A DNA stretch of 64,000 bases from Adineta vaga (taxonomy: Eukaryota > Animalia > Rotifera): the NCBI GenBank assembly GCA_021613535.1, contig CP075495.1, positions 14,384,001 through 14,448,000 on the forward strand. Reading direction: 5' to 3'. The first letter of the stretch is position 1; each line of letters begins with the position of its first letter. Both the position numbers and the translations under genes were made by a program. Positions 11,811 to 26,438 of this stretch are shown one piece after another. Below the pieces are notes generated by a model, which worked only from the letters and a program-made list of their open reading frames with translations, was not told where the DNA came from and did not search any database.

Positions 11811-14588
11811 TTTTCTTATGTTCGATTCAATCAAAATGGAACATAAACGAGAAGACTTATTTGAAGGTAGTTGATGGTAGTTACAAAACAGACATTATTT
11901 AATAGGTTGTTGGGTTTTTCATTGGTTTCAACCTCTAGAATGTCAATGAACATTATAAATATTCCATGGTATATAGCGACATCTTCTTCGATTTCCTTTC
12001 TTTCTTTTTGTTCCATAATATCGACCGCATACTAAATGATCTTACAATATATCAAATATTTATTCATAGAATTAATTATACTAGTTATCCATTCATCAGA
12101 TACAACGAAATATCGATATCTAGACAGGTGCAAGAGATTCAGATATGAACTAGTATTTTTCATAGAGTAAACAAATATTTTATTCATAGATCAAATATAT
12201 CCGTTTTACTTTTCAACTAAATTTGAAAGAATAGTAATTAGAATGATCATGAAATCAAAATCGGATTATAATTGTGTTCAATTTCTCGTTATTGTTGATT
12301 TATTTTAACGTATCATAAAACTAAATTTACATCGATTAGTAATGAAAAACAATCTCTTTTGTGTACAATAGACAGAAGTAAAGATTTACAATCGTTGATT
12401 TTATCGAATCATGTATCAAATGATTGAATAGTAGATTGAATGACGTTCATGAAGAAAATTAGTATATTTTGGTGTAAATATAAATATAAAGAAACAGTGC
12501 CCGTGACATTATCTGATACTAAACAAATAGACAACGAGAAAGAATAGGATGTGTTCTCATACAGGTAATTTCATTTTAAAAAAATCTCTTCTCTCTTTCT
12601 CTGCAGTGATCAGTGACAATTTCAATTGTCATCTCAAATCTATATATCCTCAAGTATGATTTAGTCATGCCGCGCATGCTTGCATCATTATCCACTTGAT
12701 GATTTGTTGTTCAATGTATATTACATCAAATAATTGATTTGTATGAACAAGAGGAAAACGACGTCAAGTATATCGAGAAAAAAAAGAGAACACCGCGGTG
12801 TCTCTATGACCTCTCTTTCTAATTCTATTTGTGTAGGTGTGATTTGGAGTGACATGTATACAAAAATTAAAGATCAATATATCCATTCGTTTCGTTTGCT
12901 GTTCAATTCATTGTATTGTTGTCGTTTTTATTCTTTGTGACTTATCAAAGTTAATGCCTGAAGAGAGTTTGACCAATCTCAAATTACTTTGTTACCGTTG
13001 TCGCCGACGATGATAACTTCGACTACTTTATTCTACATGACGGCTTAAAATTCCACTTGTTCAACACATATCATATTGATCTATCATCTAAAGACTGAGT
13101 ATATATGTGAAAAGAGAAAACGAAAAGAAAGGAGATGTCGTCATTAAGAAGGCAACTAGAGAAGTATTTGTTGTTTTATCTGACGAAATCAAACGAACAA
13201 AGCGCAAAGAAACAAACCATCTGCCATAAAAAGCCAATTAGATACACCTTTCTTTTGTTACATTATTTACATTTCATTGATCCAAGGATCAAAACTCGTC
13301 GTTTTTTTGTATTCTATCTTCTCAGACTTTGTTCTTATTTTTTTTTTCTTCTTCTAACTTGCACTGTTGGATTTCGTTTCAATATTCTCATTTGTGACAG
13401 ACGCGTGTAGAGATGCACTTTCATACATTAGACTAAAACAACAAATAATGATCTTCGTCAAACATAACAATCAATATGATTAGCTTACAAGAACACATTT
13501 TTTTTTCGTCTTCTGATTATTTATACCATTCTATTCACTAAATACCAACCACTGTGCACGATAGAAAATAGCAACCATATTGTTGGTCTTGTATATTATT
13601 TTCTTGTGTCCATTAATGGTTAGATGTTCTTACATTAGTAATGATTTCCGGTGTGTGTACGCCTCCGTATATCTATTAATTTGACTACAACAAGCTTTTT
13701 CCGACATGTTGTCAATTTGACAAGTGCAATAAGCTTCTTATTGATGTTTTCAAGTCGTTTCTTTTTCGTAGTTTTATTCGAGAAGAAAGAGAAATTCATT
13801 TTTTATGTTGTTTGATGAGAAAGAAAGAAAATGAAGTATATCTTGTCTTGATCTACTTGTTGAATTAAAACAAGACAAAAAAGAAGAAAGGCAAAGCATA
13901 AATCCGAAATTATTTCCGTTTGTCTGCCGGGCAAACTTTCTTATTAAATCAAGTCATATTTATTTCATCTCATATCACATATATTTTTTTTGTTAGTTTT
14001 TAAAGTCAATCATTTTTCTCATTGAGATGATCAAATATGTGAAATAAAAAGAAAAAAAAAGAAATCACAGGTGAAACGTTGTTGTAAAGAAGAACACGAA
14101 AATTGATACGTTGCATACATTGCAAAAAAAAGAAGAGAAAACGAAAGAAAGAAAGAACAGCAGTATTAGTAGTTCGCATATTAGAGTGTGTGTATAGTCT
14201 GTATTCTCTTATTTCTTAGTAAGTTTACTGATGGTATTTCATCAATCTGTGCGTAATCGATCTTTTCATTCGATGAGTATTGTTGTTGTTATACACACAC
14301 GTAGTTGTTGGGGAGACCGTCATTGTAGTTTTTTTATTGACAAGTAATGTTGATATCAAAGAAGAGAATACAGAAAAAGAAAAAGAGAAACGATCATTTG
14401 GCACCAATCAATGATCTGTCCGATTACTTGAGAGAGATATTTTGATTCGTCAATCTGAATATTTTTTTCTCTTTCTTATTCTCTCATTTTTCTCTCATCG
14501 ATTGTGTCTACAATGTTATAGATTAATCACAATTTTTCATCAGTTATACAGAGACATACACAATCTATATCGACATATCGATTAAAGT

Positions 14589-15855
14589 ATGAGTACAAGT
14601 CCATCATCGCGTCACAATACAAAAAAATTGAATAAAACTGCAAATATGAATGCAACAACTAAACATCAACAATCATCATCGTCATCATCATCATCAACAT
14701 CATCGGCTTTTCCACGTTATCTACCTCATGCACTTCTTCTACGTGCAACTGAGCGATATCAACGAACACCGAAATGTGCACGTTGTCGAAATCATGGTGT
14801 CGTTTCTGCATTAAAAGGTCATAAACGATATTGTAATTGGAAAGATTGTATCTGTGCTAAATGTACACTTATTGCTGAACGACAACGTGTTATGGCTGCT
14901 CAAGTAAATGAAACTAAACATTTTTGTTTTCAAAACAAAAAAAAATTATTTGTTCTCGTTTTTCTTCCTATTTTTCTATAGGTTGCCTTACGACGACAAC
15001 AAGCACAAGAAGAAAATGATGCTCGAGAATTGAGTGCTATCTATGGAACACCACCAGAAGCTATTTTAGCATTACGACGATCACTCAATGCATCAGCTGA
15101 AGGTTTAGCAACAACATCAACCGTTTTAGAAGATGATGAAGGCAATACAAGTAATGATGAAGAGAATTCAAATGATGGTAAATATATCCTTAGTGTTTGT
15201 CTATGAAAGAGAAATATCGAATAATTCAATATATTTTCTAGTTGTTTCTGTTGAGAAAAATTCAACATATAATGATATAAATGGTAAAGATGGTGATGAT
15301 GAAGATACAAATAGCAAAAGTCCTCACCCATCATCACCAACAGAGAATCATTCGACAAAACGTGAATCAACTTCACCAACTGCTGTACGATCATCAGATG
15401 AAAGAGGTTCTCATCGTACATCATCACCTATTTCACCTTCATCATCACCAAGAACAAAAGAAGCAGTAGCAAATCAACATTTTCAACAACAACTTTTTTC
15501 TCTTCCATCAAATGAACATGAAATGTCTGAAGCTGTTAAACGTGTTATTGCCAGTGTTTATTCAGAAGCAACAAAATCAGCATTCAGTCCAATAATGGCA
15601 TCAAACTATTTGAATCATCATCATCATCAACAAAATCGTCTTTTTGCTGCACCGTATCCTCCACCTCATCCTCTCTATTTTCATCATCCACCTCCTCCAC
15701 CAATCCCATCATCAGCATCAATGAGTATTTTATCACGTACAGCATCACTAGGAACTGTACCAAGACATCCTTCTCATCATCGATGCATATTACCATTTTG
15801 TACATGTAAACTTGTTGCACCACCACCGCCATCATCATCATCAACAACTAATTGA
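14589..15855 (+). CDS. Doublesex/mab-3-related transcription factor, DMRTA2/dmrt99B class (3 exons)
   Basis: [57 protein letters not shown]|[22 protein letters not shown], plus the KSAFSP motif. Introns 14904-14981 and 15178-15241. Confidence 0.93.
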
Positions 15856-16576
15856 TATGTAATGATTTTTCTATTGGAAACAAACTACTTCTTTTTCTCT
15901 CTTTTTCTCTTCTTCTTCGTTGCATATTGTGTGTGCGTGTGTGAGTGTTTTCACTTATATAAATATAAATATCACTAAGATAAATAAAAAATATAGGACT
16001 CTATTCGTCCATTCTTTAATGTATTCTCTTGTGTTTCCTGTGTTTATTATATAATTTGTATCAAATTAAAACGAAAAAACAAACAAACAAATTTAGTCTT
16101 TTTCCTTTGGTTAATTCAAAAAGAAAGTACTTCATATGACAAGTTGATTGAGACACATTGAAAGATCATACGATTTCACAGCTAAGTAATTCAATCCATT
16201 ACATTGTTCAAGCAAAACAACAAGGCAAAAAAAAGGTAATCTTACTTTGCATTTTATATATGAAACTATTAATAAGAAATGATACTGAAAATCAAAGTAA
16301 GTAATGAACTTAAACATTCATTCTTTACTTTACTTTTTTTATATATAGCAGTAAGCAACAGATGATAGTCTTGATATTTTAATAAAAAGAAAAGATCAAA
16401 TAAAGATTTAAAATCTCGTGACTATATTTTAGTTTTCTTTTATAACGATAATTCATCAATCTCTTGCTTTGTTTTTAACTTTTCCATGACAAAAGACTTA
16501 AGAACACGTAACATAACGTAAAGATTAAAAATGAAGGAAAAAAAAACATTTGTCTAATTATATCTGTCAACTTATA

Positions 16577-17850
16577 TCACGCATTAGCCACCGGCATTCC
16601 TTCAGCCTAGATTAATAAAGAAAAAGACAATCAGGATAAGTTCATTTCGATGAATGCATCTACATACTTTCTTAAAATCTTTCATATTAGTTGTTACAAT
16701 CGGTGTTCCATAGAAATTAATCGATTTTAATATTGTTTGATCAGAGTCCGATTGATTATTGGCAAAGAAAAGCTAAAAATAAACAAATGATTTGATCATA
16801 GTTTTATTATTCAAGATAATTACTGAAAGTGATTGAACATTTTGAAATTTAACAAATCGTAGTTCAACTGTTGATCCATCAGTAAGCTGTTTCTTTTCAA
16901 ATCTAATTCACATAGAAATAATATTCAATATTAAAATGAAATATTTTTAGTTTTACTCAAGTGTTTGTACAGCTTCACTACGTTTTGCGTCATTAAAATC
17001 AATTGCTTGCCGATTAATAAATAATTTCACAGTTTTTGGACCGTTCTCTGCAAGAAATGTATATACTCATAAGACAAATCATGAGTAGGATCTCTACCTT
17101 CAGGTGCTTCAATTGCAATTGAATGAATCTTAACAATTTGATTGAATGCAATATGAAGAATTAACTAGAAAACTATGGATAGAACTTCTTTTGTTTTCAA
17201 AATCCAATATGATTTACTTCTGGATCATCTTCATCGGATCTAAACATGCCTGGTTGATCTCCAAGTACAGCATTTTGCCATTTATCAATTTCATTTAATG
17301 CTGTGCAACTTTTTTCTTCAATAAATGGTTTCAGATCAGTCTATAAAAGTCAAGGAAAAAGATGAGAAGAAATGAATGGAAGAAATTTAATTTCATACAT
17401 ATCCAGCATCTTTTGTTGGTGTATCTTTATAAAATTTCTTAATCGTTTGTTCAATAGGATCTTTACTAGCGCCTTGTAAACGAGCAACTTCTTTTCCGTG
17501 TTGAAAAAAGACAAATGTTGGCATTGCTTTAATTGAATATTTTGCCGCTTCACTCTATGAGATCAATTGGACAATACAATAAAGAAGAAATAGTAGTAGA
17601 AATTCTTACAGTGCATTTTTCTACGTCCGCTTTGAGGAAAATAGCATTTGGATATTGACTACTTAAATTTTCAATATGTGGGGCAATAGTTTTACATGGT
17701 CCACACCTAAACAAATCAAAAATCTTTATTTCAAATCAAATATAAATTTAATTCAAACCATGTGGCAAAAAAATCCACCATAACAAGTTTATCACCAGCT
17801 GATGTTAATTCACCATTGAGACTATCATTAGAAATTTCTCGTACAGGCAT
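16577..17850 (-). CDS. TXNL1: Thioredoxin-like protein 1 (Trx + PITH domain)
   Basis: MPVREI...VDFFATW|CGPCKTIAP, then PITH motifs (IHIAFNQIVKIHSI, GPKTVKLFIN, VELRFVKFQNVQSLS, GTPIVTTNMKDFKK). Ends AEGMPVANA*, TGA at 16579-16577. Confidence 0.93.
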
Positions 17851-18616
17851 TATATATATAGATCAGTAAAAAGATATTCTAAAAAGGAGAAAATGTTTGT
17901 TTGTTTGTTTGTTTCAAATTAACTGAAAGTCTTCAATTTCTTTTCTTGTTTTTTTTTTATTGCCGGCCAAGAAAAAGTGAATGAGAGACAAATAAACAAT
18001 ATGTGGATGATATATATATATATGTAAAGAGAAAGATTCTAAAACGAGCAAGAATAGAAGAAGAACGAATGGGAAAGATATATTCAACATCACCAACATA
18101 TTCGAAAGAAGTTACAATGAATGTAAAATAAATGAAAAACACCTTTCACTACTGTCACTCATTTCTTTGTTTGTATTTCTTTTTTTTTCTTCTTTTTCTT
18201 GGATCAAAAATAGAATAGATTCAGAAAAACAAACATATAATATGACATGAAAATGAAGAAAAGCAAAATGGAATTCCTAGTTTGAAAGTTTTCTCTAAGT
18301 TTGAAATTGACTGAAGACAAAAGAAAAACGAAACAGAGACTTGAGTTTTCACTTCAAATAAACAAGTTGGGATTGTTGCTGTTGGCTTGGTTTATTGTGC
18401 GAAAAAGAAAGAACGACATCGAGAAGAAGAAGAAGAAGAAGAAGAAGAAAAATCAAACAAAAAAAAAGTTTTAAGAATCGCAAGAAAAATGTAGAATATA
18501 GATTAGTGATGTGTGCATAAATATCAGCCGGCGTAGTTTCTGTGATTTTTTGTTGTTTTTTTTTCTATATAAAAAAAAAGAATTTCTCCGCGTTTATGTT
18601 GTTTGTTTTCTTTCTT

Positions 18617-19590
<974 letters not shown>

Positions 19591-20641
19591 TTTTAATAAT
19601 TTAGTTGTATCTGGTACAGAAAATGAATTCGAAAGAAAGAGAGATCTGTTTTGGATCTGAAAGAAAAAACAACAAGAATAAGATATGAATCAAAGTACAA
19701 AAATCAACTGAAACAAATATAAAACAGGTAAGAAGAAACACAACGGATGATAATAACGTGGATGACTCGTGCCTACACGTTTACGTTATAGGCAACCTTT
19801 TGAAGATAAACTCGGCCACTACGCGGAGTTCTTTTTTTTGTCTTCATTACCAATGATATGATATTTAGATATAGAAAGAGAATAACAAACGATAGAATCG
19901 AAAGAGAAAAAAAAACGAAAATAAGTTCAAGATTCAAATGTTAAATAATGGATCACAAAATACGACAATGGAAATGATCTAAACTGCATTTGTATTTTAA
20001 AAAAATGATAAAAATCCTTTAAATCATTGGATAAGAATTTCACCAATGACAAATCGATGATTCATATCGAAAGACAAACATCATCATCTGGTATATCGAA
20101 AGTTTCTATAGTCATTGTTCGAACAGCTGTCACAAGACTAATCCATGATGATTTTTAGTTCGTTTATTTTCTTATCGAAGAATATGTGAATAGAAAAGAA
20201 AAAAAACAGACATATTTAAACAAGACAAAGAAGAATGTTTACATAGATTACATATATCAAACATTCTTTGAAAAATCATCATTTTAATAACTGATCAATA
20301 CGATATTGATGTATTTCTTTAAGTCACGTTTTATTTGAGAATAAAATCACAAAAACAAAAGAGAGACATAATACTTAAAAACAATATTGATATGCGAAAC
20401 AAATACTGATACACAGATACAACATCGAAAACAAAAGAGATCAAGAATAGAATAGTTTTGATTTCAAAAATGAGTTCGAAATATTCCAATAAAGAAGTCA
20501 GAAATGAGAAAAGAACAAAACAATTGAATTGAATTATGCAAGAGAATAGAATATCACTGTAAGAAGAAAAAAAATGTTCATAAAAAACAGATCGAATTTG
20601 AATAAATAGCAAAACAAAATAAGAGATAGGAATGTCAGAAC

Positions 20642-23600
20642 TTAGGCGTCATTTTTTGTCGTACTTGTCAATAAGAAACTGTCACCATTAAAAAAATCAG
20701 AATGATTATCGGCCGGATTCTTCAAAAGACAAAAAAGATATATTTTCAGAATAAATTTTCAGTTTAAATCTTACTTTTCGGATAGCATTTCGAACGACAT
20801 TCATAAGTTTCTTTGCTTTTGATGGTTTCTTAAAATGAACTTCATCACCTGAATCTTCTTCATCACTAATTTGTGCACAAACATTATCGACTGGTGTATC
20901 ATCATCTGGATTAGTATTTTCAACTAATTGCATATAACGATATTCAAGTCTAAGAAGAAAGATGAGTTTAATCATGAAAATTGCATTTCTTTACTTTCGA
21001 TTTTTTCTCCAACACATAATCACAACTGAAATTAAGATTATTGCAATGAGAACAAATAGAGCAAAGATAATTTGAATTTCTGTTGATAGAACAGAACATC
21101 GTCGAATTTCGACTTTTTCTTTTAAATTTTCTGCACAATATCTAGAAAATCAACAAAATATGATTGCATCAATCATGAATTAAAACATACGGATAAGGTA
21201 TTTGTCGAACTTCTTGTCGTCCAAATTTGCATGTACCAAAAAATGTTCGAAAACCATGTATTTTTCCATCACATATTGGACAAGCCAATGGTGTACGTAA
21301 AAGAAAATGAAATGTACAACCATCACAAGTACCCGTTACACATTCGTTCGATGTTTGTAATTGATATTTTTTTGTCGAATTTTCTTTCTCATCATCAAGA
21401 AAATGATCACATCGTAAAGATAAAAATGTTGTACGTTGAGAACAAGTTGATTCCGAATTTGATGTATTTGCTCGATAGACAAATGTAATGTCCGGTAGAC
21501 TATAATCTGAACGAAGAGGTGGAAAAAGCTTTGATACTGATGGAGAAACATCAACTAATTCTTCGCCAAAACTAAAGAATCAGATATAAGAATAATTCAA
21601 AAAATGAAGATAAGGATCTTTACTTGTCAATATATGCTATAGATGTGACATTATTACTTTTATCAGGTACAGAACCCATGCGACATAATTTTGAATCCGT
21701 TATTTTTTTATTTGTTCGATGTTTTAGTTCATCAGATGACTAAAAAGTAATATAACCAATGATTTCCTTTTGTTTTTAATAATCTTCTTTTCCTTACTAA
21801 TGATTTCGTACAAGTAACACTTGTTTTACCACAAATACTTGCATTGAATACATGAAAATAACCACTACCTTTTTGTGTAAATAATTTTGAACCATGAAAT
21901 TCAATTCTACAAGAATAGAATGTTTCTTTTTTAGGAATTATGCGTTCGAATTATCAATTCTTACGTTGATATTGCATTTAAATCATAGGGAATAGTTCCA
22001 TTAAACGATTGTTTACATGGTACATAACAAGAAATACCATCTTCCGAAATCGTATTTATTGGACATGGTTTACATACGGTTGGAACAGGATCATGTGATC
22101 GAATACGACTAGCTATTGTCGAATTTGGACAAGCTACACAAGTAGTATTTGTTAAAACATATCCTGGAGTACATCGTTTACATCTATTTAGACGAAAGCA
22201 TGAAAAATGATTAAACATTTACAAAATTTTTACTCTGTTTCTTGATCACTGGCTGTCAAACATGTTATACATCGATCTGAACCTCCTAAGATTGTATTTG
22301 TAACACGAATTTCATATATACGAGCTTCATCCGTGCCTTGATCTTCATCATCTGATGCAAACATCCAATTAAATACAAGTTCATCCGAATTCTCAACTAT
22401 ATATCTAATCAATGAAAACAATTTTCAATGAAAACAATTATTCAGATAGAAAGAAACACATCATACTTAAACTCCTTTATATCCTTATGATCCGATTTTT
22501 CCTTTATATGCCATTTATGAAGAACTTGCCAATTACTATCATCATCATCATAGATATCCTAAACGAATGAAGAAGAAAGTTATGATTTAGTAGCAAATCT
22601 TTTCTTTTTTCCAATAAATATTACTTCAGCAACTAAGAATAAAGTACAAGATGATTGACATTGTATAGAAAATTTGAAATATAATGTTCCATATTCTTTT
22701 GTTGTTTTAGCAATTTCTGTTTCACGAAAACCTTTAGCAATAGTTAATGTTAATATAGATAATGTATCAGGAACAGCTTGTGATACTATATATTCAATAC
22801 TTGGAACCTATACTAAACTAAATTAACCTTTACATTATACAAATATGATTCCATACCCAACTTTGATGATGACGAAGATCATTGACTTAAAAAAGAAAAA
22901 CTTATTCGATATGACTCAAACCGACTGTTTTGTACATACGAGCATTGATATCGTCAAATGACATATAACTTCGATTTAAATAATCAGGTAATTCATTCCA
23001 AATTTTGTAATATAAACCGGGTACTAGTGACAATTCATTAACACATGATTTACATACATCCATTGTACCATTAGAATAAGTTTTCGCTGGACAAAATTCG
23101 CATTTAAGCGTTTTGGGATTTTTATACATTCCACTAGCAAAAGTCAGGTTTTTTTAAAGATATAAATGAATTTTCTATGAAACTAAATAATACATACGGA
23201 TTACATGTTCCACATGGTAACGGTTTGACTTCTTCAAGTTTTGCTTCGCCAATACAAATTTTCGGTTCAATAGGTCGATAAGTAATTGTTGTCTAATCGA
23301 GATTTATATTTTACTAAATTGTTTTTTTATTGTTAAAAGAAAAGAAAAGAAAACTAACCATATCGGATTTATCACAACCAGTAAATACTTTTTGATAATG
23401 TTTCGCTTCACATTGTGGTCGATCGATACATTTTGATGATCCTTCATCTACGATACAAATTTACATAAGATTCTGTAAAGAAAAAGAAATGTGTACCTGA
23501 ATATTGGCTTTCAGTACAAGATTTACATTCAGTAGAACCTTCTTCGTTGGAATATGTATTCTTTGGACAAGGTTTACAAGTACTGGCACGCTCTTTATCA

Positions 23601-25035
23601 GAATATGTGCCTAAATAAACGAAATAATTTCAATTGATGATTTACATTCGAGAGAATCTTACCACGTGCACAATCAATACAATTTTGAATAAAAGCATTG
23701 CCTATAATGAAGAATAGAATTTAAAGCAAAGTCTTTTGATTTACATGTATTTTTCTTCTTCACCTTCGACAACGATAGATCGAATAGAAAATGGAAAATG
23801 AAAAGCGTGTACTCCAAAAGTGTATAAAACAAGAATATAATCTCCTGGTGCATCGATTTCAATCTAAATGAATAATTCGAAATAAAAATAAAGTTCATTC
23901 GAAATATTTCATTTACTTGTTTAGTTTCCCAAGTACCATAACCAGTAGATCGTAAATGAACATTGACTTTCTGTTTTGGCTCACTTTCATTTTCATCATC
24001 ACTATCAACATCATCATCACCAGTATTTTGATTATCATTATCATTTTTCTCTTCAACACTAAAATCATATGGTGATGAAATCTAAAGAAGAATTGTTTTT
24101 TCTTCGACAATCTCAACATTCATTTCAAATTTCTTGGCTTTTTTACCGTTCCGAAAACAAAAGATGTTGGTAAATTATATGTTATACTAATTGATCCAGC
24201 ACGTTTAAGTTTAAATCGAAATGAAAGTGATATAGCGCAATTATTTTGTACTTCACCTTGTAAAATATTGCTTTTGACACGCCAAATACTACGAAAACAA
24301 AGTTGATTCAATTCAAAGAATAAAATAAAAAAACACTTACTCTTTTCTTTTACATTCATTTCCAGATGATTCTAATAATGATGTTGCTTTTAAAGAAAGT
24401 TGTGGCATGTCGAATTTAAGACTATCGAGATCACTGAATGTATATTGAATTCCACCACCAAGAGAGAATGTTCCTTGCGAACAACTTTTACATTTCAGAG
24501 TATCTCTATTGTATGTTTCTCCTTTTGGACAAGCAAAATCTAAAAAAACAAATAATAATCAAAGTTTCTCTTCTTTTTTTTAAACAAATTTCAAATCAAT
24601 TTACTGCATTTGACAGGTCTTGGTAAAGCGATTGTTTGATCTTCGCACGATGTTTTATTTTTTGGTATTTCAATTAACCATTGATAATCTCCATGATTAT
24701 AACATTTCGATACGATATATTTCGTAGCTTCCTAAAAATCAATCATCATTTTTTTTCCGACAGAATGAATCATTTAAACTATGAATTAATTTTTGTAAAT
24801 CAAAGAAAAACCATAACCCAAAAATCTATATGTGCAATCATTCTCACTTTTGTAGGTTCTTTTCATACAACTGCAATTAGAAGTTATATCGAATAATAAA
24901 AAATTCAAGATTAGTAAAAAAATTCGAGCAGAAGAAATATTAACAAAGAATTCTACTTACACATTTCTCTTTGCATGATACACTATGAAAAGTAAGACAC
25001 GAGATAAGAAGAAGGATTGTACTTAATCTAAACAT
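20642..25035 (-). CDS. ELAPOR/KIAA1324 (UPF0577, EIG121)-like type I membrane protein, many exons
   Basis: Signal peptide MFRLSTILLLISCLTFHSVSC; Cys-rich repeats (CKVVRKEHSLGGGIQY, CPKNTYS, CGTCNP, CPAKTYS); M6PR-like region (CNGYLWWLYISFSF); TM followed by CWRKNRK|LEYRYMQLV. Stop TAA 20644-20642. Confidence 0.85.
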
Positions 25036-25198
25036 TATCTAGAAGAAAAACAAAACAAAAATAATCACGTATGATCCATTGTTATTAAATATGGAAATAC
25101 AAAACAAATCAATGAAAACTTTATAAGAAATAAAATAGCAAAAAAACAACAACAACATCACTGTATTTTTTGAAATCTTTGAAATGATTGCATTTCAT

Positions 25199-26438
25199 TT
25201 AGCCACCAATTAAAATCATTGGACGATTCTTTTGTGTATGTAAAATATTCACGGGTAGATGTTCTTTTTCTTTTTTATATAAAGTTTGTTGAATTAATGA
25301 ATAGATTTCTTCATCATTTGCACCGGATCGAAGAGCATCACGTAATGAAACTTCTTTATTATCAAATAGACAAACCTAAAAGAGGAGAAAATGTTTTTGT
25401 TCTGTTCAATGAATTTAACAAACTTTTAATTGTCCATCCGCAGTGACTCGAACTCGATTACAAGTCGAACAAAAATGTTCACTCATCGATGTAATAAAAC
25501 CAACTTTTCCTTGATAGGAATTCTCTCGAACACGATACCATTTCGTTGTATCATTCTTATCATCTTGTGGAAGTTTTTCTAAATTATATTTTTGTTTGAT
25601 TAATTTTAACATTTCTTCATATGGAAAATATTTCTTTTCGTTCCATTTATTATCACTAAAAGGCATATATTCAATAAATCGAACAGCTAAATTTGGTTGA
25701 TCACGTGTTAATTCAATAAAATCATTCAATTCATCAGTATTCACTCCTTGCATAACAACACAATTGATTTTTACTAATGGATATAGATTCGGCATATCCA
25801 ATGCTAAACGTATATTCGATAAAACTCGCGTGAATGCTGCACGTCGTGTAAGAAATTCAAATTTTTCTTTGACTAATGTATCCAATGAAATATTCAACGA
25901 ATTCAGACCAGCTTTTGCAAGTGGTTCAAGTAAACGATGTAAAAGTACGCCATTTGTTGTTATACCAATAGTTTTCATTGTTGGATGTGTTCGAATACCA
26001 TGTACAATATCAACCAGATCTTTTCGAATGGTTGGTTCTAAGAAAAATATATCGTGAAAATCATTTCGATAATGAATTTGTTTTTGGTATTTAATCAATA
26101 TTCATTCGAAGAAAAGAGAACCACTCACCTTTGACAACCACGTACCTCCTCCGGTTAAACGAATTTTATTAACACCACCATGTGTAACAAAAATACGAAT
26201 AAGATGTAGGATTTCATTTGTAGTTAATATATGAGATGTCGGAGAAAGATCAACACCTTTTTCTGGCATACAATATTGACATCTAGTTTAGAAGGTTTTT
26301 CAAATTAATAGAGTGAGAGAAAAACAACGAATTATATTACCGTAGATTACATCTTTCTGTAAGAGATATACGTAGATAGTTATGTAAACGATTGAAACTA
26401 TCGAGTAGTAATGTTGATTGACGAGACATTGAGCTCAT
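25199..26438 (-). CDS. MOCS1A: GTP 3',8-cyclase MOCS1A (MoaA), stand-alone
   Basis: [23 protein letters not shown]|CQYCMP (radical-SAM CxxxCxxC), RLTGG|[33 protein letters not shown]|VCLF, and the C-terminal NRPMILIGG* double glycine. Confidence 0.95.

Noticed and set aside
12100-14500. Short ORFs and a small hairpin near 12991-13018 upstream of the DMRT gene
   Set aside because: No coding signature; the hairpin is short and imperfect. Probably regulatory DNA.
24848-24870. Micro-exon in ELAPOR intron 1 (TTGCAG...GTGAG)
   Set aside because: 23 nt would break the frame between two phase-0 exons, and nothing else supports it.
25064-25198. ATG directly after the MOCS1A stop as a MOCS1B remnant
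   Set aside because: The ~44-codon ORF (MKCNHFKDF...) has no MoaC motifs and is low-complexity, U-rich UTR sequence.
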